From NCBI GenBank assembly GCA_963666285.1, contig OY762711.1: a DNA stretch of 64,000 bases; one strand, 5' to 3'. The first letter of the stretch is position 1, and each line of letters starts with the position of its first letter. Below are positions 48,272 to 58,075 of this stretch, one piece after another. The translations under genes and the position numbers were made by a program. The notes under the pieces were generated by a model. That model was not told the DNA's origin. It searched no databases and worked only from the letters and a program-made list of their open reading frames with translations. This stretch comes from Sedimentisphaerales bacterium (GTDB lineage Bacteria > Planctomycetota > Phycisphaerae > Sedimentisphaerales > SM23-30).

Positions 48272-51200
48272 GTGATGGAGCATTTTATATATCAACATGG
48301 TGACCGCCCCTTAGAGGGCTATACAATCCAGCGGGCTGCCGGCCGCGGTGGTTTCGGCGAGGTATATTATGCCATAAGCGATTCCGGTCGGGAAGTTGCC
48401 CTGAAGGTGGTCAATAATTACGAAACGATCGAGCTGCGGGGCATTACCCAGTGCATGAACCTCAAAAGCCCGCATCTGGTTTCGATTTTTGATGTCAAAT
48501 ACAATGAAGCCAATAAGCCATTCGTTATTATGGAGTATGTCTCAGGTCCTTCATTGCGAGATCTGCTGGACCAGGCTCCCAGCGGGCTCGGCGACCAGAA
48601 GGCGGCTTTCTTCCTACGTGAAATTGCCAAGGGGCTTAGTTATCTGCACGAATGCGGCATAGTTCACCGCGACCTCAAACCCGGCAATATATTCTACGAA
48701 AACGGATATGTCAAAATCGGAGACTACGGACTTAGCAAAGCTATCAAGCATGGCTATAATAGTAACCAGACTATCACTGTTGGTACTGTTCACTATATGG
48801 CACCGGAAATTGGTGCCGGCAATTACGACAGCTCGATCGATATTTACGCGCTGGGCTGTATGCTCTATGAGATGCTCACCGGCAGCGTTCCGTTTTTTGG
48901 CAGTTCGCCCGGCGAAGTATTAATGAAGCACGTTTCTTCTCAGCCGGACCTTACCGATATCGATCCAACATTTGCCAGGGTCATTACTAAAGCTCTTGCT
49001 AAGGATCCTAACGAACGTTACCAGACTGTCCAGGAAATGGTCGAAGATGCCTTTGGCCAGGAACATATCAAAAACAGCGTCTCCCAGTTCAGGGCTGATG
49101 ACCTTTCTATGATCGCCGGTCAGGTCGCCCAAAAGATCAAAGAACGCCAGACCAGCCAGACTCGTCAGGCATCTGCCCAGCCGTCTCCGGTTGAACCTGA
49201 ACCTGCCCGGTCGGAAGATAAACGTGATTTTACCGAGCCGGATCTGCCCGAAGAAATCAACCTTTCGCCTGAAAAGGCTTTTCGGATCAAAGTACGAAAA
49301 TATGACAGGTTCTCTATCTTGGGCCGGTTATTTTCCAGTGTCATTCCAATTATCATGATGATAATTGCTTTTGCCTTTTTAATCTCCGGCATGAACCTGA
49401 GTCATTTTTATGGTATCGGTGATGGCGATGATAAACTTCTGCTGATCTTTTGTCTTGCTGCTATGCAGATTGGTGCTCTTACCGGACTTTTCTCCGGTAA
49501 CAGGCTGATTGCCGGCAAAACCAGCGATCCTGTATTAAAGAATTTCGCCAGAATTGTGCCGGCTGTTCTCCTGGCAAACTTATTTGTCTTTCCCGGCTAT
49601 ATTGATGACCCGGAATCGTTCGGCCCGGTAGTCGGCATACCATCTTGCGCCCTAATTATGCTGGCATTTATGGAAAAGAAACAGTGGCTTTCTCCCATGA
49701 GAAAACGGCAGATTGACATTGGCCATATCTTTGGCAATTGCATTTTAATGTGTATCTTGGCATTGTTTGTTCCTCGTATGGTCGGGCTGAATTTCGAATC
49801 AGTACAGTTGTATTATGCCATCTGTCTGTTTGCCGGGGTATCTTTATCTGCCCAGATTATTGCTCCTTTTATCGAACCGGCTGATCGCCAGGCATTCGAA
49901 ACCGACGATACCAACTATGCCGCTGTGTGTAATAAAAGGCTTCATCACGACTCCAGGGGCCAGGCCCTTCAACCCGACTGGCTAAAGGGGCTCTGGCGTG
50001 CCGTTTCCGGGCTGCTGTTGACTACTGCCATAGTAATGATTTTTGTTGCTGATGAGTGTAATTACGGAAGTGATTGTGATTTGGCGGTTGCATTTTGTGT
50101 GGGTGCTTTTATCTTGTTCTTTGCCTCGCTCAGACCGTCTTTCTGCAAATATTATAAAGGGCTCGGCAAAAGCCTGGTTAAGCCGCTTATACTTATGATT
50201 TCATTTGCCGCCTCATATATTGGCTTTTTTGGCATGATCATTATGAATGAGGGCGCGTTTTTGTTATTTGCTATCCCAGGCATCCTGATCTTCTGGATAG
50301 CTCTGTTCATGCCCGCACGCATATTCGATACCGCTGCCGACAAATCAGGACGAGCCTTTGCTGCCAAAAAAGAAAATAGCCCAAACGCCTATCCCCATCA
50401 GAAAATTATGCCCAAACCGGACTGGCTCAAGGCTACCTGGTATTCGATTTCGGCCATTCTCTTTTCCCTTATGGTATCACTATATATTGCCATTGGCTTT
50501 TCCGGTGAAGAGGATTTTTGCATTAGTATGGGAATTGCCGCTAATATACTGTTTATCTATTCTCTGTTCTATACCTTATCCGGCTCTTACAAGGGACTCG
50601 GCAAGAGCCTGATAAAGCCGGCATTGTTAATGTTTCATTTTGCTGTTGCACATTTATTTTTCACTCTGCTCGCTCTCTCTGGCCAGGAAGAATTTACCGC
50701 CGGTGCTGTCCCGGCAACTATCTTGTTCATTGTCGTTCTCTTTATGCCCGGCAGGGTATTCGATACCGCTGCTGAAAAATCCTCGCGATTAGCTGCTTCT
50801 GCTTTCAGACATAATAGAAATATAAATACCTCAAAAATATCTACATCTAAACGTGGCGTAGCTCTTCTGTTAAGCTTCATTCCTTTAATGTCAGGTTTTG
50901 TCGGCCCTCATGGTATCCATCGGTTTTATGTCGGAAGAATCGGTACCGGTATTCTATGGCTGGTTACAGGCGGGCTCTTTGGGGTTGGCCAGTTGATTGA
51001 TATAATTATGATTCTTACCGGCAGTTTTACCGATAAAAACGGTAAACCGCTCCTGATTTGGTGGAATGAAGAGCCTACCCCTGAATATTATGAAAAGGCG
51101 GCTCATACCCGCCATACCGGCATAAATAATAATAACAATTTCGCCGATAATGTGATGAATGATGTCAGAAGTACCGTTGAGGATATCAAGGAATCTGTTC

Positions 51201-51892
51201 GCTCTGTTACTGCTTCGGCAAAAGAAAAAGTAGCTACTGTAAAAGAACAGGTTGACAATAACGAATTTGTCGAAGATAGAAAGCAGAATGGCGAATGGTT
51301 CTCTCATGGTTCAAACTATTCAACTTACCGTGAACCGATGCGGCCTGGTGCTGCTCTACTGCGGCTTATCGGCTTTGTTTTCCTGTTAATATCTACTGTT
51401 GCCGCATTTGCCTGGGCTGCCAGGCTTCCGATTATTGTAAAAAATATTCCTGATATCTCTTCCGGCATTGATACAGAGCTCGGCGGCCCTCAGATGTGGA
51501 TGTTTATGGATAAAATCATCGTCATTATTATGATTACCGCTATGCTGCTTTCGATGCTCTTTACCTCGCTCGGCCGCAAGCATAAAAACGGTTGGCATAT
51601 GCTGCGTGGCATCATTAGTATCGGAATGGTTGCCATCGTTGCCAATAGCTGGGCTGGTATTACAGATTCCAAACTGAACAATAATTTACCGATGTTCTCT
51701 CCCAGCGGGCGTATTCCAAACGATATTATGAATTTATTCTTTAACTCTCTGCCTTCTGGCGAAGGGTTGATAACTATATTAGTCTTGGCGGTTATTGCTA
51801 TTGTGCTTTTTGCCTGGCCCGCCAGGAAACCGCAGCCTCAGCAATTTGAAAATATCTTCAGGGGCAGCGAGACTGTAGGCAATGGAAACTGA
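48272..51892 (+). CDS. Hanks-type Ser/Thr kinase with very large polytopic membrane region and TM2 domain
   Basis: [35 protein letters not shown]; many TM helices; [30 protein letters not shown] (TM2). Confidence 0.92.
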   Translation: MMEHFIYQHGDRPLEGYTIQRAAGRGGFGEVYYAISDSGREVALKVVNNYETIELRGITQCMNLKSPHLVSIFDVKYNEANKPFVIMEYVSGPSLRDLLDQAPSGLGDQKAAFFLREIAKGLSYLHECGIVHRDLKPGNIFYENGYVKIGDYGLSKAIKHGYNSNQTITVGTVHYMAPEIGAGNYDSSIDIYALGCMLYEMLTGSVPFFGSSPGEVLMKHVSSQPDLTDIDPTFARVITKALAKDPNERYQTVQEMVEDAFGQEHIKNSVSQFRADDLSMIAGQVAQKIKERQTSQTRQASAQPSPVEPEPARSEDKRDFTEPDLPEEINLSPEKAFRIKVRKYDRFSILGRLFSSVIPIIMMIIAFAFLISGMNLSHFYGIGDGDDKLLLIFCLAAMQIGALTGLFSGNRLIAGKTSDPVLKNFARIVPAVLLANLFVFPGYIDDPESFGPVVGIPSCALIMLAFMEKKQWLSPMRKRQIDIGHIFGNCILMCILALFVPRMVGLNFESVQLYYAICLFAGVSLSAQIIAPFIEPADRQAFETDDTNYAAVCNKRLHHDSRGQALQPDWLKGLWRAVSGLLLTTAIVMIFVADECNYGSDCDLAVAFCVGAFILFFASLRPSFCKYYKGLGKSLVKPLILMISFAASYIGFFGMIIMNEGAFLLFAIPGILIFWIALFMPARIFDTAADKSGRAFAAKKENSPNAYPHQKIMPKPDWLKATWYSISAILFSLMVSLYIAIGFSGEEDFCISMGIAANILFIYSLFYTLSGSYKGLGKSLIKPALLMFHFAVAHLFFTLLALSGQEEFTAGAVPATILFIVVLFMPGRVFDTAAEKSSRLAASAFRHNRNINTSKISTSKRGVALLLSFIPLMSGFVGPHGIHRFYVGRIGTGILWLVTGGLFGVGQLIDIIMILTGSFTDKNGKPLLIWWNEEPTPEYYEKAAHTRHTGINNNNNFADNVMNDVRSTVEDIKESVRSVTASAKEKVATVKEQVDNNEFVEDRKQNGEWFSHGSNYSTYREPMRPGAALLRLIGFVFLLISTVAAFAWAARLPIIVKNIPDISSGIDTELGGPQMWMFMDKIIVIIMITAMLLSMLFTSLGRKHKNGWHMLRGIISIGMVAIVANSWAGITDSKLNNNLPMFSPSGRIPNDIMNLFFNSLPSGEGLITILVLAVIAIVLFAWPARKPQPQQFENIFRGSETVGNGN

Positions 51893-51919
51893 AACTGAGT
51901 ATTTCCAAGTTGAAGAAAA

Positions 51920-53326
51920 ATGGATGTGATTACTATGATGATAGCACCTAAAGGAATAATTATGGCACCTTTATTTATACTATTGATTTTATTATTACTC
52001 GTCGGCTTGATCATTCTTATCATCAAAAAGCCGAAAGTTTTATTACCTTTTCTTATTGTTGGATTGATCTTAATTGCTGTTATGTTCTTTGGCTATTCAG
52101 TTAAGGTCCCGGATGCCAGGCATTCTCAGCCGTCCGCTTCGGTTGTTGTTCAGTCGCCGGACACTGCCGCTGCTGCTCCTGTCTCGTTTCCCGATATCTG
52201 GAAAACCGGCATAGAAACCGAATTCGAAGTTGCTGATTATACCTCTATCGAAGCCGCCGCCGCCGGGCTTGCCAAAAAGATAGCTTTAGAGGGTTATTTG
52301 AACGACGCTATCAAAAATAACGGCCCAGGTGAGGTTAAATTCCTGACCGATATCCAGGTTTGCGGTGAAATTAACACCGGCATAGCAGATAATATGACTG
52401 TACTCGAAGCTGCCGCCGATTCTTTCAGAAAATACGCCGCACCTTCGATAGATTCTGAACAGGCTCCTGGTATTGTTTCTGGTGTCGAACCTGTAAAAGT
52501 CACTGTCAGTCCCGCTATCCCTGCCAACCCGCTTTGGGGCGCCAAAAACGGGGCGGTACTGGTAAAGATTACCGCACGGATTAACAATTCAAACGAAATC
52601 GATAACGCTCTCACTCGCCACGGAATTTTATCCATGCAGGTTCAGGCCAACAGTTACCAGCTCGACAATTCCGCCGCTTTTTCAGAAGCCAACTGGCTTG
52701 TTAAACCGGAAAATTTCGCTCGGCGTATCCATCCCAACAATACCTGGCTTATCGGCTATTCGCAAACCGCATGCAGCGACCCAGCCGAAGCTCGCAGCCA
52801 GGCAATTGACGATGCCGCACTCAGGATCGCTAAAAATTTCGGCTCTGATATTACCTTTGACAAATCCGACATCAGCAGGTTGAGTCTCATCAAGGACACC
52901 TATACCCAGAAGCTAAGGGGCAGCCAGGGCGATATATATCGCACCGCCGTTCTCATCAGCGGCCAAACTTCTGTTATTAGCAACAATTTGACCGCTTTAC
53001 GCAATTCTCATACACAACAGGTAACTACAGAACAGGTACATAGGCAGAACAGCATCCTTTCCGGTTGGGCCTCTATCGCAATCCTGGTCGCTGCTATTTT
53101 CCTCAGCTATTTCCTGCTCGATTTCGTCACAAAGGGCTACTACAAGGGCCGGCTTGTCCTGGTTCTTATCGCACTCGCCGTTCTCGGCATAATTGCAATT
53201 GTGTTTATCAGCCGCCAGAGAGCCGGAATTATGGCCTATAACAATCACACGGTCAATCACTCCGTATACGGTCAGGTAGATGAAAACAATATGCCTTTCA
53301 AACTGACCATCGGTCAGTTTGTGTAA
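51920..53326 (+). CDS. Hypothetical membrane protein (N- and C-terminal TM pairs around a soluble domain)
   Basis: Hydrophobicity pattern; starts 27 nt after the kinase stop. Confidence 0.7.
   Translation: MDVITMMIAPKGIIMAPLFILLILLLLVGLIILIIKKPKVLLPFLIVGLILIAVMFFGYSVKVPDARHSQPSASVVVQSPDTAAAAPVSFPDIWKTGIETEFEVADYTSIEAAAAGLAKKIALEGYLNDAIKNNGPGEVKFLTDIQVCGEINTGIADNMTVLEAAADSFRKYAAPSIDSEQAPGIVSGVEPVKVTVSPAIPANPLWGAKNGAVLVKITARINNSNEIDNALTRHGILSMQVQANSYQLDNSAAFSEANWLVKPENFARRIHPNNTWLIGYSQTACSDPAEARSQAIDDAALRIAKNFGSDITFDKSDISRLSLIKDTYTQKLRGSQGDIYRTAVLISGQTSVISNNLTALRNSHTQQVTTEQVHRQNSILSGWASIAILVAAIFLSYFLLDFVTKGYYKGRLVLVLIALAVLGIIAIVFISRQRAGIMAYNNHTVNHSVYGQVDENNMPFKLTIGQFV
53299..53321. repeat. REP-like palindrome, copy 4 (inside the last codons of the ORF)
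   Basis: CAAACTGACC-ATC-GGTCAGTTTG. Confidence 0.88.
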
Positions 53327-53625
53327 ATATTAAAACACGAGCAGAATGAAATCTGCCTTAAGCGGAGCGAGTCACCTTATAATTATTGGTGTGAATTCGT
53401 GTCCATCCTATGAACCGGAGCATTTCAAGTTGTTTTTCTTCTTTTTTACATTTTTATCAAATTTCCTGGGTTTTTGCCCCTGTAGCTTCGTCGCCTCGGC
53501 GTCAGCTCTCACCCAAACATGGGCTGATGCCGATGGCGTAAGAAGTTACAGGGGCTAACCCTGTTAGCTTTTGAGCTGAGGCAGAGGCCTCATATTTTAT
53601 TAACTGAGCTGCTTTTGGCAGGCAT

Positions 53626-53773
53626 TCAACGACCTAACCTCCTATTCGTACTCACCTTATTCGGCGGCACATTAAACTTTATACAGACCGTAACTCCCAT
53701 TCTTCGTGACGAGGTTTTAAGTAAACTTAAACTTCAATTGACATTCACCGGGATCTTACGGCATAGTCGCTCA
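53626..53773 (-). ncRNA. Predicted bridge/seek guide RNA of the IS110 element
   Basis: Closing stem plus two guide-hairpin-guide units whose unpaired segments match the target and the donor junction (see findings). Confidence 0.65.
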
Positions 53774-53792
53774 GCCTTTATTATATTGTCTT

Positions 53793-54851
53793 CTATGCAG
53801 CCTGATTTATCATTTCTGCGTTAAACATCTCGCCTGTCTTCAACATGGCTCTCATTATCGATGTTAACTTACGTGCTACCGCAACTATCGCTATCTTTTT
53901 CCTGCCGTCCTGACCGGCCATGACCCGCTCATAAAACTGCCTTATCGCCGGGCAAAACCTCACAACACGCCAGCTTGACTCACATAATGCCCATCGCACT
54001 ACCTGCGGACCATGCTTGCTGATATGTCCCAATCTGCGAGTCGAACCGCTCTCATCCAGCTTTGGCGTTAAGCCAAAGTAGGCACTGTATTGCTTATAGT
54101 TACTAAACCTGTCTATATCATCTGTATAAGCAAGCATCGCCTCAGCTGTCCTTGGACCAACCCCGGGAATACTCATCAATAATTCAGCTCCAGGATTATC
54201 TTTTATCTTCTCATCCAGTCTGGCTGTTATCTTATCTCTTTGATTCTCCAGTAATTTTAACTGTTCAAGTAAATCTTCCAACTGAAGACTCCACAGTACA
54301 TCTTCTTTTGACTTTGTTAAGCTCTCCATCCAGACTCGATTCTTCTTGCTCCACCAGGTGCCTTTATGCTCTGGCACTAAATAGCCATTGCTCTTTATCA
54401 ACGCTCTTATCTGATTCTTGGTCTGACCAACTTTACGTACCGTCTTCTGGCGATGCAATATCATCTGACGCCATTGCCTTACCGCCTTATCTGGCATATA
54501 AACACTTGGCAATTCATCAATACTGTACAAAATTGCCATCTTACGCGCATCTATTCGATCGTTTTTCTTATTGGTACGATATATCCAGGTAGCTTTGGTG
54601 GGATTCACTACCTTCACTTCATCCACCAGGTCAACTATCTGATCATATATCCAACCGGCCAAACCGCTAACCTCAAACGCCACAAATACCTTATTCTTCT
54701 TAGACTTATGCTTTATCAAAAAATCTTGCAAACTGCCAATGTCAGGAGGTAATGTCGCGTACTTCTCTGTACCATTTTCATATACCATTGAAACTGTTTT
54801 CTTGCTATCCATATCTAATCCGATATACTTAATCATAACTGGGGCCTCCAA
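53793..54851 (-). CDS. IS110-family DEDD recombinase/transposase
   Basis: IGLD, AFE, KNDRIDA (DEDD); LMSIPGVG, GLTPKLDESG (catalytic Ser), AIVAVARKL. Confidence 0.95.
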   Translation of the reverse strand: MEAPVMIKYIGLDMDSKKTVSMVYENGTEKYATLPPDIGSLQDFLIKHKSKKNKVFVAFEVSGLAGWIYDQIVDLVDEVKVVNPTKATWIYRTNKKNDRIDARKMAILYSIDELPSVYMPDKAVRQWRQMILHRQKTVRKVGQTKNQIRALIKSNGYLVPEHKGTWWSKKNRVWMESLTKSKEDVLWSLQLEDLLEQLKLLENQRDKITARLDEKIKDNPGAELLMSIPGVGPRTAEAMLAYTDDIDRFSNYKQYSAYFGLTPKLDESGSTRRLGHISKHGPQVVRWALCESSWRVVRFCPAIRQFYERVMAGQDGRKKIAIVAVARKLTSIMRAMLKTGEMFNAEMINQAA

Positions 54852-55363
54852 TAAGGTTTATTGTTTGTGCTTCGAGCACGTTTAAAATAGGACGTCGTAT
54901 TATATTATACTCGATCCTGAATTAACCGGGAGGCTCCGGTTACCATAGCTTATTCGTGGTTTAGCTCTTTTATATTTTCTTTTTACATTTTTTGTGTATT
55001 TCATGAAAAAGTTTCACCCACCGCAGACTGACCGGTGTTTATCGCGGTTAAATTCCAGGCATTTTCATATTGTTTTCTCCTGAACTTCCGTTTAAAATCT
55101 CTTTTCGGTTAAGAATTTCCAATTTTGCACAAGGCGTTAAAATTCAACATTTTACCCCTAAATTACTTCTTCGCCGTGATAGCTCCGTAAGCGTCCGTGG
55201 CCGTTTACAGCCTTTCGCTGCCTGCCGCGCTGCCTCCGTTCGACGGCGTTTAACGTCGTAAAGAGGCCAAAATTCGGCTTTTTCGCTGTTTTGGTAGCAC
55301 CAGTACTGAACATTACATTAAAATAATTCTACTCAATAGCAAACTCAATTTTCCTTCCATTAT

Positions 55364-55396
55364 AAAAAGGCCTACCCAGGTTCTGGACAGGCCTTT
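55364..55396 (-). terminator. Probable terminator downstream of the adhesin-like gene
   Basis: AAAGGCCT...AGGCCTTT stem with inner CCAG/CTGG; the A5 run gives a U-tail on the minus strand. Confidence 0.6.
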
Positions 55397-55539
55397 ATGT
55401 AAAAGGAAAAAATCAAATTATGTAGTCTGACATATACTTACTATCTAGTCATTCAGCAAACCAGCATGGTTTGCTCATTTCCGAGCGATAGCGCGGCCTG
55501 TTCCAGGCTTTGCCTAGTGCAAGCTGTGCAACCTCTCAT

Positions 55540-57681
55540 TTACAACTTCAGCATCTTTAACAGATCGGCATTACCAAGCGAGCCTAGCGAAGTTACGCCA
55601 GACGATAAAGCTAAGTTGTTTATCACCGGCGTAGGATCTATTGCATTAATAACAGTATAAGATTTCGACATACTCGCAACAGTAACACCACCCTGAGATA
55701 TCGCAACACCCGCGGTTACTGAACCAACCGTACCGGCAATGGTCGTAAAGTCTACTTCTTCAGGCATCGCAAACTCTATATCCTGATCACTTAAACTGTT
55801 AGCCGCTAAGTTGGTATCGTTAGTAGAATTCAAAACTGCATTTAATACATATTCTAAATCCAGCTCTAAATCACTACTATCATCCGAAAGACTTTCTACT
55901 CTGCCATAACCATCTAATGACAATACCAGGTCATATGCGGCATTAAGAGAAGCATAATCGTGATCAATATCGTCCTTGTCACGGTTAACATTTGCTATCG
56001 ATTTTATTCTCGATCTATACGTAATATTTTTATTATCATTAACTTTATGATTTATTGTCGCTACATTTTCATTACCAGCCCCAACCAACTCTGGTTTGGT
56101 ACTATCATCCCCTGTAGAATGCCTGCTTTTTGAATCGGACGCATGATTCTTTTCTCTAACATGCTCACCTTCTGAAACCTCTTCTGATGGTTCCCCATGG
56201 CCCATCGGACCATGACGATCTGGAGCCATCTGAGTTCCTGTTGTCACATTATGATCGTAAATTCCATGGCGATCTATATGTCCGGGAAACCTGCCTGGTT
56301 CGTCCATAGGCATATCACTAAGAACTGCCCCTTCTCCAAAAGTTACAGGCATTGGCCGTCCTGGCCCCGCATTGGAGCCAATTACATTTGGAAACGCAGG
56401 AAAACCTGGCATAATTATAAATTCGCCTTCTTTTGGCATCATAACCATTGGATTAAAATCATTTGGTATAATACCAAATGGTAGCGGCACAAACATATCG
56501 TCACCTGGTAATAAGCTCTCATCTTCAGGAGGAGGTGGAACAAGCCCTTCCGGCTGAAGAGGTGGAACCAGGATATCTGAAGTAAAATCTTCTACTAAAC
56601 CGCTATCGGGATCGGTGCCTATAAAATCAATTTCTCCAGCTTCAAAACTGTCAACATCAACACCTGGCTCCGTACCTGCAGGATCCATTATTACATCATT
56701 ATTATAAACATCCCCTGCATCAGAAGTTGCATCATCATCAACAGAATCATTTGAATTATTATCTGCCGGCTCCTCGATCATACTGTCTATTGGCATAACA
56801 ACAATCGTACCGATTGACATATTACCGTTACTGTCGACAATTGTATATGATATCGTATCTGCCTCATTGAAATATGCCGGCCTGATATAGACTGTCCGGC
56901 CAAGATAATCTGATGATATATAGCCAGTTGCTGGTTTATCAATTGTCACCAACTGTATTTCATCACCATCAGGGTCATAATCATTTGATATTATACCATC
57001 CAGAACCACTGTACTGCCTTCATATAGAATCATATCATTTACAGCTACTGGTGCATCTTCTACCGGGCTGATGTCTATTGTTACCGTTGCAATACTTGTT
57101 CCGCCTGATGTGTCTGAAACAGTATACGTAAATGAATCAGTGCCATAATAATCCTGGGACGGTGTATATACAAATGTTCCATCCCCAGAATCAACAACAT
57201 TACCATGCTCCGGCTGAGTAACAGAAATTGTACTCAGATCAGAAATGTCTATATCAACATCATTTACAAACATATCTGTAAGCATAACAGAGGTATCTTC
57301 TTCTGTAACATAACTGTCATCAAAAGTTTCAACAGATATATTTTCATCATTTAAAACATCCACTCCTTCAATACCATGAGAAAACATTGCCAACAAATCT
57401 ATTTGTTCTCCTGTTTCACGAACAAGTTCTTCAACTCGGTCAAGAATATCTAATGGAGAATGATCGTTGCTGTTGAACATAAGTATATCATCAGCATTTG
57501 ATACATCTTTTAATGTTTCAGAACTATTTAATGTTTCATCAACAAGAGCAATATCCCACCCTGAAGCGTTTAGTAAATGACGTATCTCAAGAGCTTCGAT
57601 ACTCAGCTTATGACTAAGCTTGCCGGATGCTATCTCTTCTGTTGTTCTATTTAATTGTTTTGCTTTTCTATTTTTTCTCAA
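55540..57681 (-). CDS. Acidic surface/adhesin-like protein: LEPR-xLL motif, partial DUF4347-like region, two Ig-like (Big_9/cadherin-like) repeats, Pro-rich linker
   Basis: IEALEIRHLL; AMFSHG; QPEHGNVVDSGDGTFVYTPSQDYYGTDSFTYTVSD; DAPVAVND...NDYDPDGD. Confidence 0.75.
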   Translation of the reverse strand: MRKNRKAKQLNRTTEEIASGKLSHKLSIEALEIRHLLNASGWDIALVDETLNSSETLKDVSNADDILMFNSNDHSPLDILDRVEELVRETGEQIDLLAMFSHGIEGVDVLNDENISVETFDDSYVTEEDTSVMLTDMFVNDVDIDISDLSTISVTQPEHGNVVDSGDGTFVYTPSQDYYGTDSFTYTVSDTSGGTSIATVTIDISPVEDAPVAVNDMILYEGSTVVLDGIISNDYDPDGDEIQLVTIDKPATGYISSDYLGRTVYIRPAYFNEADTISYTIVDSNGNMSIGTIVVMPIDSMIEEPADNNSNDSVDDDATSDAGDVYNNDVIMDPAGTEPGVDVDSFEAGEIDFIGTDPDSGLVEDFTSDILVPPLQPEGLVPPPPEDESLLPGDDMFVPLPFGIIPNDFNPMVMMPKEGEFIIMPGFPAFPNVIGSNAGPGRPMPVTFGEGAVLSDMPMDEPGRFPGHIDRHGIYDHNVTTGTQMAPDRHGPMGHGEPSEEVSEGEHVREKNHASDSKSRHSTGDDSTKPELVGAGNENVATINHKVNDNKNITYRSRIKSIANVNRDKDDIDHDYASLNAAYDLVLSLDGYGRVESLSDDSSDLELDLEYVLNAVLNSTNDTNLAANSLSDQDIEFAMPEEVDFTTIAGTVGSVTAGVAISQGGVTVASMSKSYTVINAIDPTPVINNLALSSGVTSLGSLGNADLLKMLKL

Positions 57682-58075
57682 TAGTCTTACCTCTGCTATC
57701 CATTGATATTTAGATACTTACAATTTATTATGCGTTCATGCAATGAATATCTGTATTAAAAGATTAATATTTAAAAAGATAATTTCAAAATCGTCATAAT
57801 ACTATTCCTAAATTACCTGGACGACATTGGCTGTATAACTGCTATTAGCAATACAAACAGCCTAAAAAAACAGCCAGAGGTCCTATAATTTCAATTTGGC
57901 ATTGAATCTTAACCATCAAACTTCTTTGATATGATTAACTTTTTTTTAATAAAACACAGCATAATACGCCCAATAACTATGAAACATTTGTCATAAATTC
58001 ACCCACCAGGCCATTATAGCACTCTTGTTGCGTAATAATATAAAGGCAAACATTAGCAAAACCGATAGGCAAGAT

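Larger units (their letters stand above)
53407..54953 (-). mobile_element. Complete IS110-family element of IS1111 type (1547 bp)
   Basis: Sub-terminal inverted repeats ATGAACCGGAGC (53410-53421) and GCTCCGGTTACCAT (54933-54946), 3 and 7 nt from the ends; AT core at both junctions; long non-coding region downstream of the transposase. Confidence 0.88.

Noticed and set aside
53554..53568. GCTAAC-CCT-GTTAGC as an integron attC site
   Set aside because: The core sites are only 3 nt apart, and there is no cassette array or integrase.
55445..55520. c-di-GMP-I riboswitch on the minus strand (GGCAAAGCCTGGAACAGGC...)
   Set aside because: It lacks the GCAAA junction and P2 consensus, and it lies at a gene 3' end with no regulated gene following.
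27555..57828. Shared TTACCTGG(A)CGACAT at about 27556 and 57813
   Set aside because: Short gapped match with only two occurrences; compatible with chance.
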